Shown: one piece after another, positions 20,123 through 29,951 of the stretch
Layout of the letters: the number at the start of each line of letters is the position of its first letter
Numbering within the stretch: the stretch's first letter is position 1
DNA from: an uncultured Gammaproteobacteria bacterium
GTDB taxonomy: Bacteria; Patescibacteriota; Microgenomatia; UBA8517
Length of the DNA: 64,000 nt
NCBI GenBank assembly: GCA_964587425.1
Contig: CAZPLB010000001.1
Location: 30,545-94,544, forward strand
Direction: 5' to 3'
Program-made: the position numbers and the translations under genes
The notes under the pieces: generated by a model
The model's input: only the letters and a program-made list of their open reading frames with translations
What the model was told of the DNA's origin: nothing
The model's database searches: none

Positions 20123-21083
20123 ATCGGGCTAGTGAATTCATTTTAGCACGGTTAAAGAAAGCGAGTTTTGCAGCTTCTTTGTTCTCTTCTTTGCCTGACC
20201 AAATTTTTAAGGCTGAATTTTGAAGAGCTCGGCCAAAGGAAAAGCTTAACTGCCAAGGACCACCGATTTTATTTAATTCACGCAAATTGTTTGCTGCTTC
20301 ATCCTCAGACTGACCACCAGATAAAAAGACAATGCCTGGAACTTCAGATGGCACAGTGTCTTTCAACACTTCGATTGTTTTTTGGGCAATTTCAGTTGAC
20401 TCTACAATTTGTCCACTGTCCTTACCTGGCAGAATCATATTGGGTTTAAGAAGCATACCTTTTAGATCTACATTCTTTTCTTTCAGTTTGATGAAAACTA
20501 CTTTTAAAATTGCTCTTGTTATCTCGTAGGTTTTTAAAATATCGTGTATTCCATCCATTAGTACTTCGGGCTCCACAATTGGAACCATACCGGCATCCTG
20601 CGAAGCTTTTGCAAACTCTGCCAAAAGCTTTGCATTTTCTTCAACACATTGGATAGATGGCATATCATTCCCTATTGTAAAAACTGCACGCCACTTGGTG
20701 AATTTGGCTCCCAACTCTTTGTATTCTGTCAATCTTTGGGGCAACCCTTCAATTCCTTTGGTTATTTTGTCTCCTGGGTGGCCTTCAAAATCAATTGTTC
20801 CCCCATCTACTTTAATGCCAGGAATAATATTTGGATTTGTAAGAATCTTTGAACGAATTGTTTCGTCAAACATAATTATTCCACTAATGAATTCTTCAAT
20901 CCCTGGAGCACTAAAAAGCATTTCTCTATATAACTTTCTTGTCTCTTCTGTAGATGGAACATTAATCGTTGCAAAACGTTTTTCTATAGTTGGAAATGAT
21001 TCATCTGCAGCTAATATTCCCTTGCCTGGAGCAACTAATGCTTTTGCAATTTGACTAATATCATCCATCATTAAATCTAGCAT
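20112..21083 (-). CDS. fructose-bisphosphate aldolase class I
   Basis: GKGILAADES, KWRAV, PIVEPEV, LLKPNM, FLSGGQS, FSFGRALQ; start may be 21071. Confidence 0.95.
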   Translation of the reverse strand: MLDLMMDDISQIAKALVAPGKGILAADESFPTIEKRFATINVPSTEETRKLYREMLFSAPGIEEFISGIIMFDETIRSKILTNPNIIPGIKVDGGTIDFEGHPGDKITKGIEGLPQRLTEYKELGAKFTKWRAVFTIGNDMPSIQCVEENAKLLAEFAKASQDAGMVPIVEPEVLMDGIHDILKTYEITRAILKVVFIKLKEKNVDLKGMLLKPNMILPGKDSGQIVESTEIAQKTIEVLKDTVPSEVPGIVFLSGGQSEDEAANNLRELNKIGGPWQLSFSFGRALQNSALKIWSGKEENKEAAKLAFFNRAKMNSLARYGQ

Positions 21084-21104
21084 TTGTGTTAGGATAATTA
21101 AAGA

Positions 21105-21551
21105 GTGAAGAAAAATATCTTTGGATTTGCACCGGTAATTATATTGGTTCTAGTTTTAGTTATTGCTGTAGTTGTAGGAGTTTTTTATTTTAGACGCCAA
21201 GGGAATAATTACTCTTCGAGCCCCACTCCACCTTTCTTTTCCAACGTCAAAGAAAATACTAAATTGCCTAGTTCTGGGACAGTTGTTGTAAAGGGAACAG
21301 TTCCTGCTGGATGGATGTTTGAAGGGCAGCTTCAAATTAAATTACTTGATGTAGATAAGAAAGTAATAGCAACTGCAGTTGGCAAAGAAACTATTCCTGG
21401 TTCCTGGCAAAGTAGCGAACCTGCTGACTTTTCTGGAACATTAACTTTTACAACAAATGCAAAGAGTGGGTATTTAGTCATTGAGGCGGATAATCCAAGT
21501 GGAAAACCTGAGAATGACAAAAACTACGAGATTTATATTCAGTTTGAATAG
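21105..21551 (+). CDS. Gmad2 Ig-like domain exported protein
   Basis: N-terminal TM; WMFEG, DNPSG pattern. Confidence 0.7.
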   Translation: MKKNIFGFAPVIILVLVLVIAVVVGVFYFRRQGNNYSSSPTPPFFSNVKENTKLPSSGTVVVKGTVPAGWMFEGQLQIKLLDVDKKVIATAVGKETIPGSWQSSEPADFSGTLTFTTNAKSGYLVIEADNPSGKPENDKNYEIYIQFE

Positions 21552-21568
21552 AATTAATAAAAAAAGGG

Positions 21569-21733
21569 TTATTCGACTTTTGTGATCGTTACACCTTTGC
21601 CATCCGGAGTTATTTCAACAGAAACTTTGGTGCCGGCATGAATATCCAGTTCCTTGCAAACTCCCCTGGGAAGTGGAACACATAGTTGTCCTTTGTATTC
21701 AATTACTGTGACGATATGACTACCTTTTTTCAT
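21569..21733 (-). CDS. AbrB/MazE/SpoVT-family DNA-binding protein (54 aa, not in ORF track)
   Basis: Translated by hand: MKKGSHIVTVIEYKGQLCVPLPRGVCKELDIHAGTKVSVEITPDGKGVTITKVE*; starts 2 nt after the brnA stop. Confidence 0.7.
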   Translation of the reverse strand: MKKGSHIVTVIEYKGQLCVPLPRGVCKELDIHAGTKVSVEITPDGKGVTITKVE

Positions 21734-21735
21734 AC

Positions 21736-22011
21736 TTATGTCTGGAGTTCTTTTTCAACTCCTTGAGAAATGTATTGCTTCATCAAAGTTTGATATGGCA
21801 TATCTTTTTTGTTAGCTACAGACTTTACTTTGGCTAGTAAGCTTGTGGTGACACGAAGTGAAATGGGCTGTCTAGTCAATTTAAGATTGGGAAAGATGGC
21901 ATGTCTGGCTTTAGACCAATCAAAATATTCGCTAGTGTCAACTTTGGCCCAAAAGTCTCTTTCTTCATCTTCATTTTTGAACTCTGGTATTTTTTTAAGA
22001 TTTTTTTTCAT
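21736..22011 (-). CDS. BrnA/CopG-type antitoxin
   Basis: IPEFKNEDEERDFW, ISLR, MPYQTLMK. Confidence 0.85.
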   Translation of the reverse strand: MKKNLKKIPEFKNEDEERDFWAKVDTSEYFDWSKARHAIFPNLKLTRQPISLRVTTSLLAKVKSVANKKDMPYQTLMKQYISQGVEKELQT

Positions 22012-22291
22012 ATAGTCTTTTCTCTTTTTTATTTGCCGATCTTACTGAAATTATTCTGATTTTCTTATTTCTAATCGTAAATATTACGTTTAATAATTTA
22101 TTATTTTCACTCTTACCTATAATTTGATATCTATTTTCTGTTTTGGAATGCTTAGAATCCTCGGAAAAAACAGACTTTTCATCTAAAAAAACCTGTTCTG
22201 CTTCTTCGTTATTGATTCTATGCTTCGTAAAATTTTTATTTATATTCCCTTTGTCCCACTCAAATTCAAGCGGTTCAGGAATAATATCCAT
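21995..22291 (-). CDS. BrnT-family toxin
   Basis: FEWDKGN..N..KH, EAEQVF, RIISVR; ATG 22291 lies just after a -10 box. Confidence 0.88.
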   Translation of the reverse strand: MDIIPEPLEFEWDKGNINKNFTKHRINNEEAEQVFLDEKSVFSEDSKHSKTENRYQIIGKSENNKLLNVIFTIRNKKIRIISVRSANKKEKRLYEKKS

Positions 22292-22299
22292 TATATTGG

Positions 22300-22329
22300 A
22301 GTATATACCAGGTAAATACAGATTGTCAA
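22300..22329 (-). promoter_or_regulatory. sigma70 promoter with palindromic operator (brnTA-1)
   Basis: TTGACA (22324-29), 18 nt, TATACT (22300-05); inverted repeat GTATATACC-A-GGTAAATAC at 22301-22319. Confidence 0.7.
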
Positions 22330-22332
22330 GGG

Positions 22333-23328
22333 TCAATTGTTTTTTCTTTTAATTACTCTTTTTGCAGCGTCAACAATATGGTGAGATTTCATGCCATATT
22401 TTTCTAGTAATTCTTCTGGTTTTCCTGATTCGCCAAAATGATTAGGCATACCAATGAATTCAATTGGGGTTGGATGGTTTCTAGATAAACTTTCTGCAAC
22501 AGCTCCACCCAACCCTCCTGTGATTTGGTGCTCTTCTACTGTTACTACTGCTCCTGTTATTTTTGCAGCTTTAATGATTGTTTGTTCATCAAGGGGTTTA
22601 ATTGTGTGGGAATTTATAACCAAACATTCTATTTTACTTTTTGCTAAATCTTTAGCCGCCAATAATGTTTCGTAAACAAGAGGGCCACAGGCAATAATGG
22701 CAACCTGCGGGTCTTTTGATTCCCAGATAACTTCAGCTTTTCCTATTTTAAAAGGAGTTTCTACTGTTGTGAAGACTGGAGACTTTTCTCTTGCAAATCT
22801 TAAATATGTTGGCTTGCCATTTTTAGCTGCTTCAATTGTTGCTTTCTTTGCTTCTATTGAATCGGCAGGATATACAACAATCATATTGGGCATGGCGCGC
22901 ATTAAGGCAATATCCTCGAGCATTTGATGAGTTGCTCCATCTGGACCAACTGAAACTCCAGCATGGGCTCCTGCAATTTTCACTGGAACATCATTTAGAG
23001 CAATTGTCGTTCTAATTTGCTCCCAGTTGCGTCCTGGAGAAAAACAAGCATAGCTACTGATGAAAGGAATTTTGCCATAATTTGCCATACCTGCAGCTAT
23101 TGTTGCCATTCCCTGCTCTGCAACTCCTACTTCAATAAATCTTTCTGGGAATTTTTCTTTGAAGAGAATACTTTTTGTGCTTTCTGTTAAATCTGCACAA
23201 AGAACAACAACTCTCTCATCTTTCTCTCCCGCTGCAACAAGACCTTCACCATATCCTTGTCTGGTTGGTTGCATTTCAATATCTTTTTTGAAAATTTTTG
23301 GTGATAATTTTTGTTTTGGATTTAACAT
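22333..23328 (-). CDS. transketolase C-terminal subunit
   Basis: EVGVAEQ, GPDGATHQ, TVEEH..GGLG. Confidence 0.93.
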   Translation of the reverse strand: MLNPKQKLSPKIFKKDIEMQPTRQGYGEGLVAAGEKDERVVVLCADLTESTKSILFKEKFPERFIEVGVAEQGMATIAAGMANYGKIPFISSYACFSPGRNWEQIRTTIALNDVPVKIAGAHAGVSVGPDGATHQMLEDIALMRAMPNMIVVYPADSIEAKKATIEAAKNGKPTYLRFAREKSPVFTTVETPFKIGKAEVIWESKDPQVAIIACGPLVYETLLAAKDLAKSKIECLVINSHTIKPLDEQTIIKAAKITGAVVTVEEHQITGGLGGAVAESLSRNHPTPIEFIGMPNHFGESGKPEELLEKYGMKSHHIVDAAKRVIKRKNN

Positions 23329-23334
23329 TTAATA

Positions 23335-23610
23335 TTAATATTTAGTAACGTGTGACATATTCCAAATATCAAATAGTGATACGTCAAAAGGTTCTTCTGT
23401 ATCGCTAGTTGTCCAGAAACGATGAGAATTATATACTCTGGTTTTAGAAACTTTTAAAACGCACTCTGTTGAAACCCCAACGGCCTGAAGTTGACCAATA
23501 GACGAGGAAATATATTTTCTACAAGTTACTGTTGGAATTTTAAGTAAAACAAATAATAAAATTCCAAAACAGACTATAAACACTAAAGGTCTGAAGTATT
23601 TTTTATTCAT
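23335..23610 (-). CDS. hypothetical membrane-anchored protein
   Basis: 91-aa ORF inserted between the transketolase subunits. Confidence 0.5.
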   Translation of the reverse strand: MNKKYFRPLVFIVCFGILLFVLLKIPTVTCRKYISSSIGQLQAVGVSTECVLKVSKTRVYNSHRFWTTSDTEEPFDVSLFDIWNMSHVTKY

Positions 23611-24451
23611 GTTCTGATTTTATCTTTCCTTGCAAAGTCCTTAATTCATGCAATGCTATTTTTGCTTCTTCTGGTGTTGGAGGTTTACCATGCCATTCAA
23701 ACTTGTTTTCCATAAAGTCAACTCCTTTGCCTGGAATTGTGTGGGCTATTATTACAGTTGGTTTTTCATACACACTTCTGGCGTGATTAACTGCATTTAT
23801 TATTTCTTCAAAATTGTGGCCATCAATGTGTAAGACATGCCAATTAAATGCTTTGTATTTGTCTTCAAGAGGTTCAAGGGGCATGACATTTTCTGTGTAT
23901 CCATCTATTTGAATATTATTGCGGTCTACAAAGCTTGTTAAATTTGAAAGTTTATACTTACCAGCAAACTCGACTGCTTCCCAATGATTTCCTTCGTCAT
24001 GCTCTCCATCGCTTGTTATGCAAAATACCCTAAATCTTTTATTGTCCATTCGACTTGCGTATGCATAGCCCGAAGCTTGTGCAAGACCGCTTCCCAGTGG
24101 CCCTGATGTTGTTTCGACTCCAGGGAGCTTCAATCTTTCGGGGTGGCCTTGAAGACGGCTTCCCAGTTTTCTTAATGTTTTTAATTCTTTTTTCTCAAAA
24201 TAACCTGCTTCAGCCATGGTTGCATACCTTACTGGACAAATGTGACCATTACTTAAAATTAATCTGTCTCTATCTTCCCAATCTGGATTTTTGGGGTCAT
24301 GATTCATTATTTCAAAATATAGAGCAGTGAAAATATCTGCCATCCCAAGGGGGCCTGCAGAATGGCCACTGCCTGCTGCCACAAGCATTTGAATAATGTC
24401 TTGCCTTACCTCATTGGCAATTTTTTCTAGATCTTTTGTCGAGTGTTTCAT
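23603..24451 (-). CDS. transketolase N-terminal subunit
   Basis: SGH, DRLILSNGH, LQGHP, SDGEHDEG..N ThDP-binding motif. Confidence 0.93.
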   Translation of the reverse strand: MKHSTKDLEKIANEVRQDIIQMLVAAGSGHSAGPLGMADIFTALYFEIMNHDPKNPDWEDRDRLILSNGHICPVRYATMAEAGYFEKKELKTLRKLGSRLQGHPERLKLPGVETTSGPLGSGLAQASGYAYASRMDNKRFRVFCITSDGEHDEGNHWEAVEFAGKYKLSNLTSFVDRNNIQIDGYTENVMPLEPLEDKYKAFNWHVLHIDGHNFEEIINAVNHARSVYEKPTVIIAHTIPGKGVDFMENKFEWHGKPPTPEEAKIALHELRTLQGKIKSEHE

Positions 24452-25056
24452 GCTGTATTTTCAAATGCTTTTTCATCCTGACTTGCGTTTTCTTTGTTTT
24501 GGGAAAATTCATCAAAAAGCTGTATTGCTGCATATGCCTCTTGGGGGGTATTTGCTATCCTATACACCTTTAGATCTTCCGGTCTTATTCTCATGTTATC
24601 AACAAATGCTTTAATTATTGGCTCCCAAAATTGTCCGTATAAAATAAGCGGTTTGTGGTGGCCATAGTAGAGACGAGCTAAACCCCATGCCATTCCAAAT
24701 TCGCTGATCGTTCCAGTTCCCCCTTTTAGGATCACATAGGCATCTCCTAATTCGAGAAGCTTCAAGGTTCTTTCCAAATAATTTTTGCAAACAATTTCTT
24801 GATCCATTGGGTTATTTGGATCTCTGCCTTCAAAATTTGTAATGTCTTTGGGGTAGAAGGTTGCTCCAATTGCCATCCCTCCTGCTGCTTTGGCTCCTTC
24901 TGAGACTGCACGCATGGTTCCAGGGCCACCACCGTTAATTGCAACAAATCCCTTACCACTTAAGAATTTGGCACATTCATAGGCTTCTTTGTAAAGTGGA
25001 TCTGAAGGACTAGCATCAGCAAAACCAAAATATGAAATGTGTTTTATTTTTCCCAT
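24448..25056 (-). CDS. LOG-family (Rossmann nucleotide-binding) protein
   Basis: NGGGPGTM, KGGTGTISE. Confidence 0.85.
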   Translation of the reverse strand: MGKIKHISYFGFADASPSDPLYKEAYECAKFLSGKGFVAINGGGPGTMRAVSEGAKAAGGMAIGATFYPKDITNFEGRDPNNPMDQEIVCKNYLERTLKLLELGDAYVILKGGTGTISEFGMAWGLARLYYGHHKPLILYGQFWEPIIKAFVDNMRIRPEDLKVYRIANTPQEAYAAIQLFDEFSQNKENASQDEKAFENTA

Positions 25057-25063
25057 TTTTTAA

Positions 25064-25696
25064 TTACATCCAAATATTCTTGAGATTGTTTTCAAGCCCA
25101 CCTTCAAAAATTCTTTTGCCTACGACTACCTCGTCTACTCCACTTTTTTCCATATCTTCTATCAACTGTTTTGTGACTCCACCGTCTATACAGATTTTGA
25201 ATTTTAGATTAAGTCCACGCCTGATGGACTCTACCTTTCCTATTTTGTCCCAGACATCTAGATTAAATTCTTGCCCACTAAAACCTGCTTCAACACTCAT
25301 CAATAAAATAACATCTACTTTTGATATGACTTCTTGGTCCAACTTATCTACTGGGGTACTTAGGTCTACTGCAAGTCCAACGAGCATATTTTTTTCTTTT
25401 ACTCTCTCAACAAATTCCTTTTGGCTCTCCATCATTTCTATTTGACCAATAAGCCTATTGCCTTTCTTTTCTCTACACTTATCTATCCAACTAACAGGGT
25501 CTTTCACCATTAAGTGAAAATCAAAATCTAAAGTGGTATTTAATTTGGAAAGAACGGATGGATCAACTGTTTTGTTGTTTGCAAAAACTCCATCGAGAAT
25601 ATCTATTTGAATTCTGTCAACTTTTTCTTCAGATTCTTGGACAAGTCTCTCCAGTTCTCCTTGGTCGTTGGTTAAGATGGCAGGAATGATTTTCAT
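25064..25696 (-). CDS. rpe: ribulose-phosphate 3-epimerase
   Basis: DILDGVF, DFHLMV, MSVEAGFSGQ, IDGG. Confidence 0.9.
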   Translation of the reverse strand: MKIIPAILTNDQGELERLVQESEEKVDRIQIDILDGVFANNKTVDPSVLSKLNTTLDFDFHLMVKDPVSWIDKCREKKGNRLIGQIEMMESQKEFVERVKEKNMLVGLAVDLSTPVDKLDQEVISKVDVILLMSVEAGFSGQEFNLDVWDKIGKVESIRRGLNLKFKICIDGGVTKQLIEDMEKSGVDEVVVGKRIFEGGLENNLKNIWM

Positions 25697-26160
25697 TTTT
25701 TGTATTTTTCTTGAAATTCTTTTAAAGCATTCATTTGGTTTTCCAAGATATGTATTTCAGGCCTCGCTCCTTGAATTTTTGCAATTGCTTCATCAATATT
25801 TAAATTTTCAAATCTAATGAGATAAGCAGCTAGCATTGTTGGACTTCTTCCGTGGCCGTTTTTGCAGTGAAGAAAAACTTTTTTGTTTTTTAAAACTGCT
25901 TCATTTATAACATTTGTTCCAATGGCAAACTGGGCTTCGTTTGGAGAACTATTATTTTGCACTGGAAGCCAAACATATGCATCCATATTGTCTGGAGGAA
26001 CTTCTTTTTTCTCCATACTTAAATTGAGTTCTACTGTAACACCAAGCTCTTTGAATTCACTGCCATGAATCGGACAAATATTTCCCTTGCAAAGATCAGA
26101 ACCAATGAAGATATTATCAGTTATTTGGGAAAAATCCATTATGTGTCCATCGTCTTGCAT
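25693..26160 (-). CDS. dual-specificity protein phosphatase
   Basis: HCKNGHGRS (HCx5R) motif. Confidence 0.85.
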   Translation of the reverse strand: MQDDGHIMDFSQITDNIFIGSDLCKGNICPIHGSEFKELGVTVELNLSMEKKEVPPDNMDAYVWLPVQNNSSPNEAQFAIGTNVINEAVLKNKKVFLHCKNGHGRSPTMLAAYLIRFENLNIDEAIAKIQGARPEIHILENQMNALKEFQEKYKK

Positions 26161-26165
26161 AATTT

Positions 26166-26558
26166 TTAATTTAAAGTTGTTAATTTACAAATAGAATTTA
26201 TATTGAAAACAGAACCAGTTTCTCTGCATTGTGCAGAAATATATAATAAAATGAGAAAAACTGTACCTATGATAATTAAAGTTTTTGATACATTTGATAA
26301 ATGGAAAATATAGTAAATTGAATAATTTTTATCATTTCTTTTTGGAAACAAGTAGACAATTGTAATTACTAATGTAATCAACATTGGTAATAATAAGACC
26401 CAAAAACTATTTTCGGATAATGAATTCCTAAAATGTAGATAGAGCAAGAATTGGATAATTAAATAAATTGGAATTATAAATAAGTTGATCCGTGCATTTG
26501 TTACGCTAACATTAAATAATATTTTTATTTCTTTTTGGATTTGTTTTATAAATTTCAT
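26166..26558 (-). CDS. hypothetical membrane protein (very AT-rich)
   Basis: 130-aa ORF with about 3 TM segments, in-operon position. Confidence 0.55.
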   Translation of the reverse strand: MKFIKQIQKEIKILFNVSVTNARINLFIIPIYLIIQFLLYLHFRNSLSENSFWVLLLPMLITLVITIVYLFPKRNDKNYSIYYIFHLSNVSKTLIIIGTVFLILLYISAQCRETGSVFNINSICKLTTLN

Positions 26559-26565
26559 TTTGTTA

Positions 26566-27669
26566 TCATATTTTGGCGAAAGTTAGAGTAAGCGGATCTG
26601 ATGGTGCTAGGTCGCTTGAAAGAGAATTCCCTACTCTAATTACTTGCTCAACCAATCTATTTGTATATCCCCACTCATTGTCGTACCAAGCAAAAACTTT
26701 TACCAAGTTTCCACCAATTACTTGGGTTAGTGAAAGATCAACTATTGCTGACTCACTTCTTCCAATGATGTCTGATGAGACAAGGGGTTCCTCACTCACT
26801 GCTAAGATTCCTTTGTAAATTGCATTTTGGGTTGCTTCTTTGAAAGCATTATTTACTTCTTCAACTGTAACGGGCTTTTTTGTAACAATTGCAAAATCTG
26901 TAATAGAACCTGTTATTGTTGGAACTCTCAAAGAAATGCCATCAAATAATCCTTTTAGCTCAGGAATTGTTTCTGTTGTTGAAATTGCAGCTCCCGTTGA
27001 TGTTGGGATAATGTTCATAGCAGCGGCACGAGCTCGGCGAAGATCTTTGTGGGAACTGTCCTGCAACACTTGGTCGTCTGTGTAGCTATGAATTGTTGTC
27101 ATTGCAGCCTTTTCAATGCCAAATTTTCCGTACATTACTGCTGCAACTGGGGCAACACAATTTGTAGTGCAGCTGGCATTTGAAATAACTTCAGCTTTGC
27201 CATCATAGTCATTAACTGATAAAACATAAGTTGAGACGTTTCCGCCTTTTGGAGGAGCTGAAATGACTACTCTTTTTGCTCCTCCAATAGCATGCTTTTT
27301 GGCATCTTCTTCAGTTATAAATCTACCAGTTGATTCGATAACAATATCAACCCCATACTTCCCCCAGGGAATTTTAGCTGGATCCTTTTGTGCTAGAACT
27401 GGAATCTTTAAATTATTAACAAGGAGATTCCCTATCTGAGGATCTTCATCGGTTACTTCTTCAATCTTTTTTAACTCCTCTGATTTAACATCATGTTCGA
27501 ATTTTCTGTATGTGGTGTCGTAATTGGTTAAATGTGCCCAACCAGCTGTTGGCATGCTGCCTGAAGTATTTATGGCAACAAATTCGATAGCACCTGAGTG
27601 TTTTAAAAGTCCTATTCTAAAAGCAAGCCTTCCAATTCTCCCGAAGCCGTTAATACCAACTTTCACCAT
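26566..27669 (-). CDS. gap: type I glyceraldehyde-3-phosphate dehydrogenase
   Basis: GINGFGRIGR, SNASCTTNC, WYDNEWGY. Confidence 0.97.
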   Translation of the reverse strand: MVKVGINGFGRIGRLAFRIGLLKHSGAIEFVAINTSGSMPTAGWAHLTNYDTTYRKFEHDVKSEELKKIEEVTDEDPQIGNLLVNNLKIPVLAQKDPAKIPWGKYGVDIVIESTGRFITEEDAKKHAIGGAKRVVISAPPKGGNVSTYVLSVNDYDGKAEVISNASCTTNCVAPVAAVMYGKFGIEKAAMTTIHSYTDDQVLQDSSHKDLRRARAAAMNIIPTSTGAAISTTETIPELKGLFDGISLRVPTITGSITDFAIVTKKPVTVEEVNNAFKEATQNAIYKGILAVSEEPLVSSDIIGRSESAIVDLSLTQVIGGNLVKVFAWYDNEWGYTNRLVEQVIRVGNSLSSDLAPSDPLTLTFAKI

Positions 27670-27672
27670 ACT

Positions 27673-28680
27673 TTATCCTAACAGAGCTTCTATTCCAGGT
27701 AAAGTGCCCTTCGATAAAAAATCCAACATTGCTCCCCCACCTGTTGATATCCAATCAAAACTTTTTGTTAGATTAAACATTGAAAGGGCAGCTTCTGAAT
27801 CTCCGCCACCAACGATTTTAAAGGCTGTGGAGTTGGCAATTACTCTAAAGACTCTTTCTGTACCTTGACGATGACCAACTTCTTCATATTTACCAAGAAC
27901 ACCTGCAAGAATTATTGTCCCGGCACCCTTAATTTCTTCCTCAAAACTTTCTATTGAATGAATTGTTATGTCTTCTTTGTCTGGGTTTAGTTTTGCAACT
28001 AATACTTTAGGATCTGAATAATCATCACCTAAGTATTCCGGCAATCTTCCTCCAACAAGAACCCTATCTGCTATCTTTTTGAGATTTTCCATGTAGTCTA
28101 ATTTGTCTTTTTTAATACCACTAATGACAGCTAAAACTGGATGTCTTGGATTCTCTAGAACTTTCTTGAGATATTCAACTTCTTGTTGAAATCTCAAGCC
28201 TGCAGCGTGCGGCAATAGCTTGGGCAATAAAACGATTGAGGCGTGCTCTCTGTGACTTGTGGCAAAGGCTTCGTTGACGTAGAAATCTGCAAGGCCCACT
28301 AAACTTTTTGCAAAACTTTCATCATTTGCCTCCTCACCTGAGTTTGAACGAACATTATCTAAAAGCAGTACTTTCCCCTCTGGAAGATTTGTGGGGGGCA
28401 TACCTGGGACAAAAATAACATTCTCACCTAATAATTCTGATATCTTATTTTGTAAAAACGAAGTTGAGACAGTTTTTTCTTTTCCCTCATACTTACCAAT
28501 GTGCCCCAAGATTAAAAGATTCTTTGCGCCTTTTTCCAAAACTAACTTAAGAGTTCGTGTGCAGTTTTTTATTCTTGTGTCATCAAGAATGGTGTTTCCA
28601 TTGAAGGGAACATCAAGATCAATTCTTGCAATAACTCTTTTCCCATTTAAATCGAAATCATTTAGATTTGGTAAATTCAT
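27673..28680 (-). CDS. pgk: phosphoglycerate kinase (compact)
   Basis: RIDLDVP, DDTRI, NEAFATSHR, GGGDS, STGGGAML. Confidence 0.92.
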   Translation of the reverse strand: MNLPNLNDFDLNGKRVIARIDLDVPFNGNTILDDTRIKNCTRTLKLVLEKGAKNLLILGHIGKYEGKEKTVSTSFLQNKISELLGENVIFVPGMPPTNLPEGKVLLLDNVRSNSGEEANDESFAKSLVGLADFYVNEAFATSHREHASIVLLPKLLPHAAGLRFQQEVEYLKKVLENPRHPVLAVISGIKKDKLDYMENLKKIADRVLVGGRLPEYLGDDYSDPKVLVAKLNPDKEDITIHSIESFEEEIKGAGTIILAGVLGKYEEVGHRQGTERVFRVIANSTAFKIVGGGDSEAALSMFNLTKSFDWISTGGGAMLDFLSKGTLPGIEALLG

Positions 28681-28683
28681 AGT

Positions 28684-29484
28684 TCATTTTACTCCCCAAT
28701 ACCACAGTCCTGCACCCCAAAATCTTGGAAACCAATTATCCCATCTATCAAACTTTTTCCAAAGAGGGAGAGTTGGCTTCATAACTAGTGTATATATTTT
28801 ATCTAAAAATCTGGGAAGAGTTAAGCGAGGAAATGGTCTATTGCCACGGACCTCTAGTTTTTTTATTCCCGCTTTTTTAATCAGATTTTTATAATCATCA
28901 CAAGTTAATTTGCTTTCAAAATATAGAGGTCTAAAATTTCTAGCTGCCTTTTTTGGACTAAAAGGAAAGGTCACGATGAAATTAAAGATATTACCAATAC
29001 TTTGAACTGAGAATCTATTTGGAACAATGTCTGCAAAAAAGACTCCACCAGGTTTTAGTACTCTAACCATTTCCGCAAAAACAACAGAGGGGTTTTCAAA
29101 GTGTTCCATTAAGCCGTAGGAGGAAACAATATCAAAGGAGTTACTTTTGAACGGAAGTTTCTCAGCTGTTCCCACAACAAATTTTCCTTTTGCATTTTCT
29201 TTTTTGAAATTGTTTTTGGCGATTTTGACGATACTTTCATTTACATCAAGGCAGGTAACATCGTAACCATTTTTTGCAAAGTAGAGGGAGACAAAGGCGC
29301 TACCACAGCCAACTTCAAGCATTTTGGTTCCAGTTTTATTTGGAAAAATTTCTTTCAAAAAAGATATTTTTGTGTGTTCAAAAACTTGATTTTGGGTTTG
29401 AGGATTATCTGAGTAGACTACATCATTTCCTTCAAAAATTTCATCCCAGACTTGAGGTGTACCATGAACATCTTTTGAGGTCAT
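28684..29484 (-). CDS. class I SAM-dependent methyltransferase
   Basis: LEVGCGS, LPF..NSFD, RVLKPGG. Confidence 0.88.
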   Translation of the reverse strand: MTSKDVHGTPQVWDEIFEGNDVVYSDNPQTQNQVFEHTKISFLKEIFPNKTGTKMLEVGCGSAFVSLYFAKNGYDVTCLDVNESIVKIAKNNFKKENAKGKFVVGTAEKLPFKSNSFDIVSSYGLMEHFENPSVVFAEMVRVLKPGGVFFADIVPNRFSVQSIGNIFNFIVTFPFSPKKAARNFRPLYFESKLTCDDYKNLIKKAGIKKLEVRGNRPFPRLTLPRFLDKIYTLVMKPTLPLWKKFDRWDNWFPRFWGAGLWYWGVK

Positions 29485-29493
29485 ATCCGAAGT

Positions 29494-29943
29494 TTAGTTG
29501 CCGGTCTCCAGTTTGGCAATATCTGAAAGGCGTTTTTTGTGACGGGACAATCCATCGAATGGAGTTGTCAGAAATGCTTTAACTAATTCCTTTGCTTCAT
29601 GTTCCTTTGTGAAGTCTGCTGCAATTACTAATATATTCATGTTGTCATCGCGTCTGCCAGCTGTTATTTGGTCTGGAGATTTTCCAATACTGGCTCTCAC
29701 TCCATCAAACTTATTGGCAACAACATCAACACCTACTCCACTGCCACAAATTAATATTCCCATTGATCCTTTCTCTTTACCAACTATGGAACCAACTCTT
29801 GTAGCGTAAATGGTGTAATCATCTTTCGTATCAAGATGATCTGCCCCCATATCTTCAAACTTATATTTCCATTCAAAAAGCCATCTGGCTATTTTTTCTT
29901 TGAGTGGATATCCTCTGTGATCGGCTCCAATATATATATTCAT
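29494..29943 (-). CDS. rpiB: ribose-5-phosphate isomerase B
   Basis: GADHRG, ICGSGVG, ANK, RHKKR. Confidence 0.92.
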   Translation of the reverse strand: MNIYIGADHRGYPLKEKIARWLFEWKYKFEDMGADHLDTKDDYTIYATRVGSIVGKEKGSMGILICGSGVGVDVVANKFDGVRASIGKSPDQITAGRRDDNMNILVIAADFTKEHEAKELVKAFLTTPFDGLSRHKKRLSDIAKLETGN

Positions 29944-29951
29944 ATGAAAAT

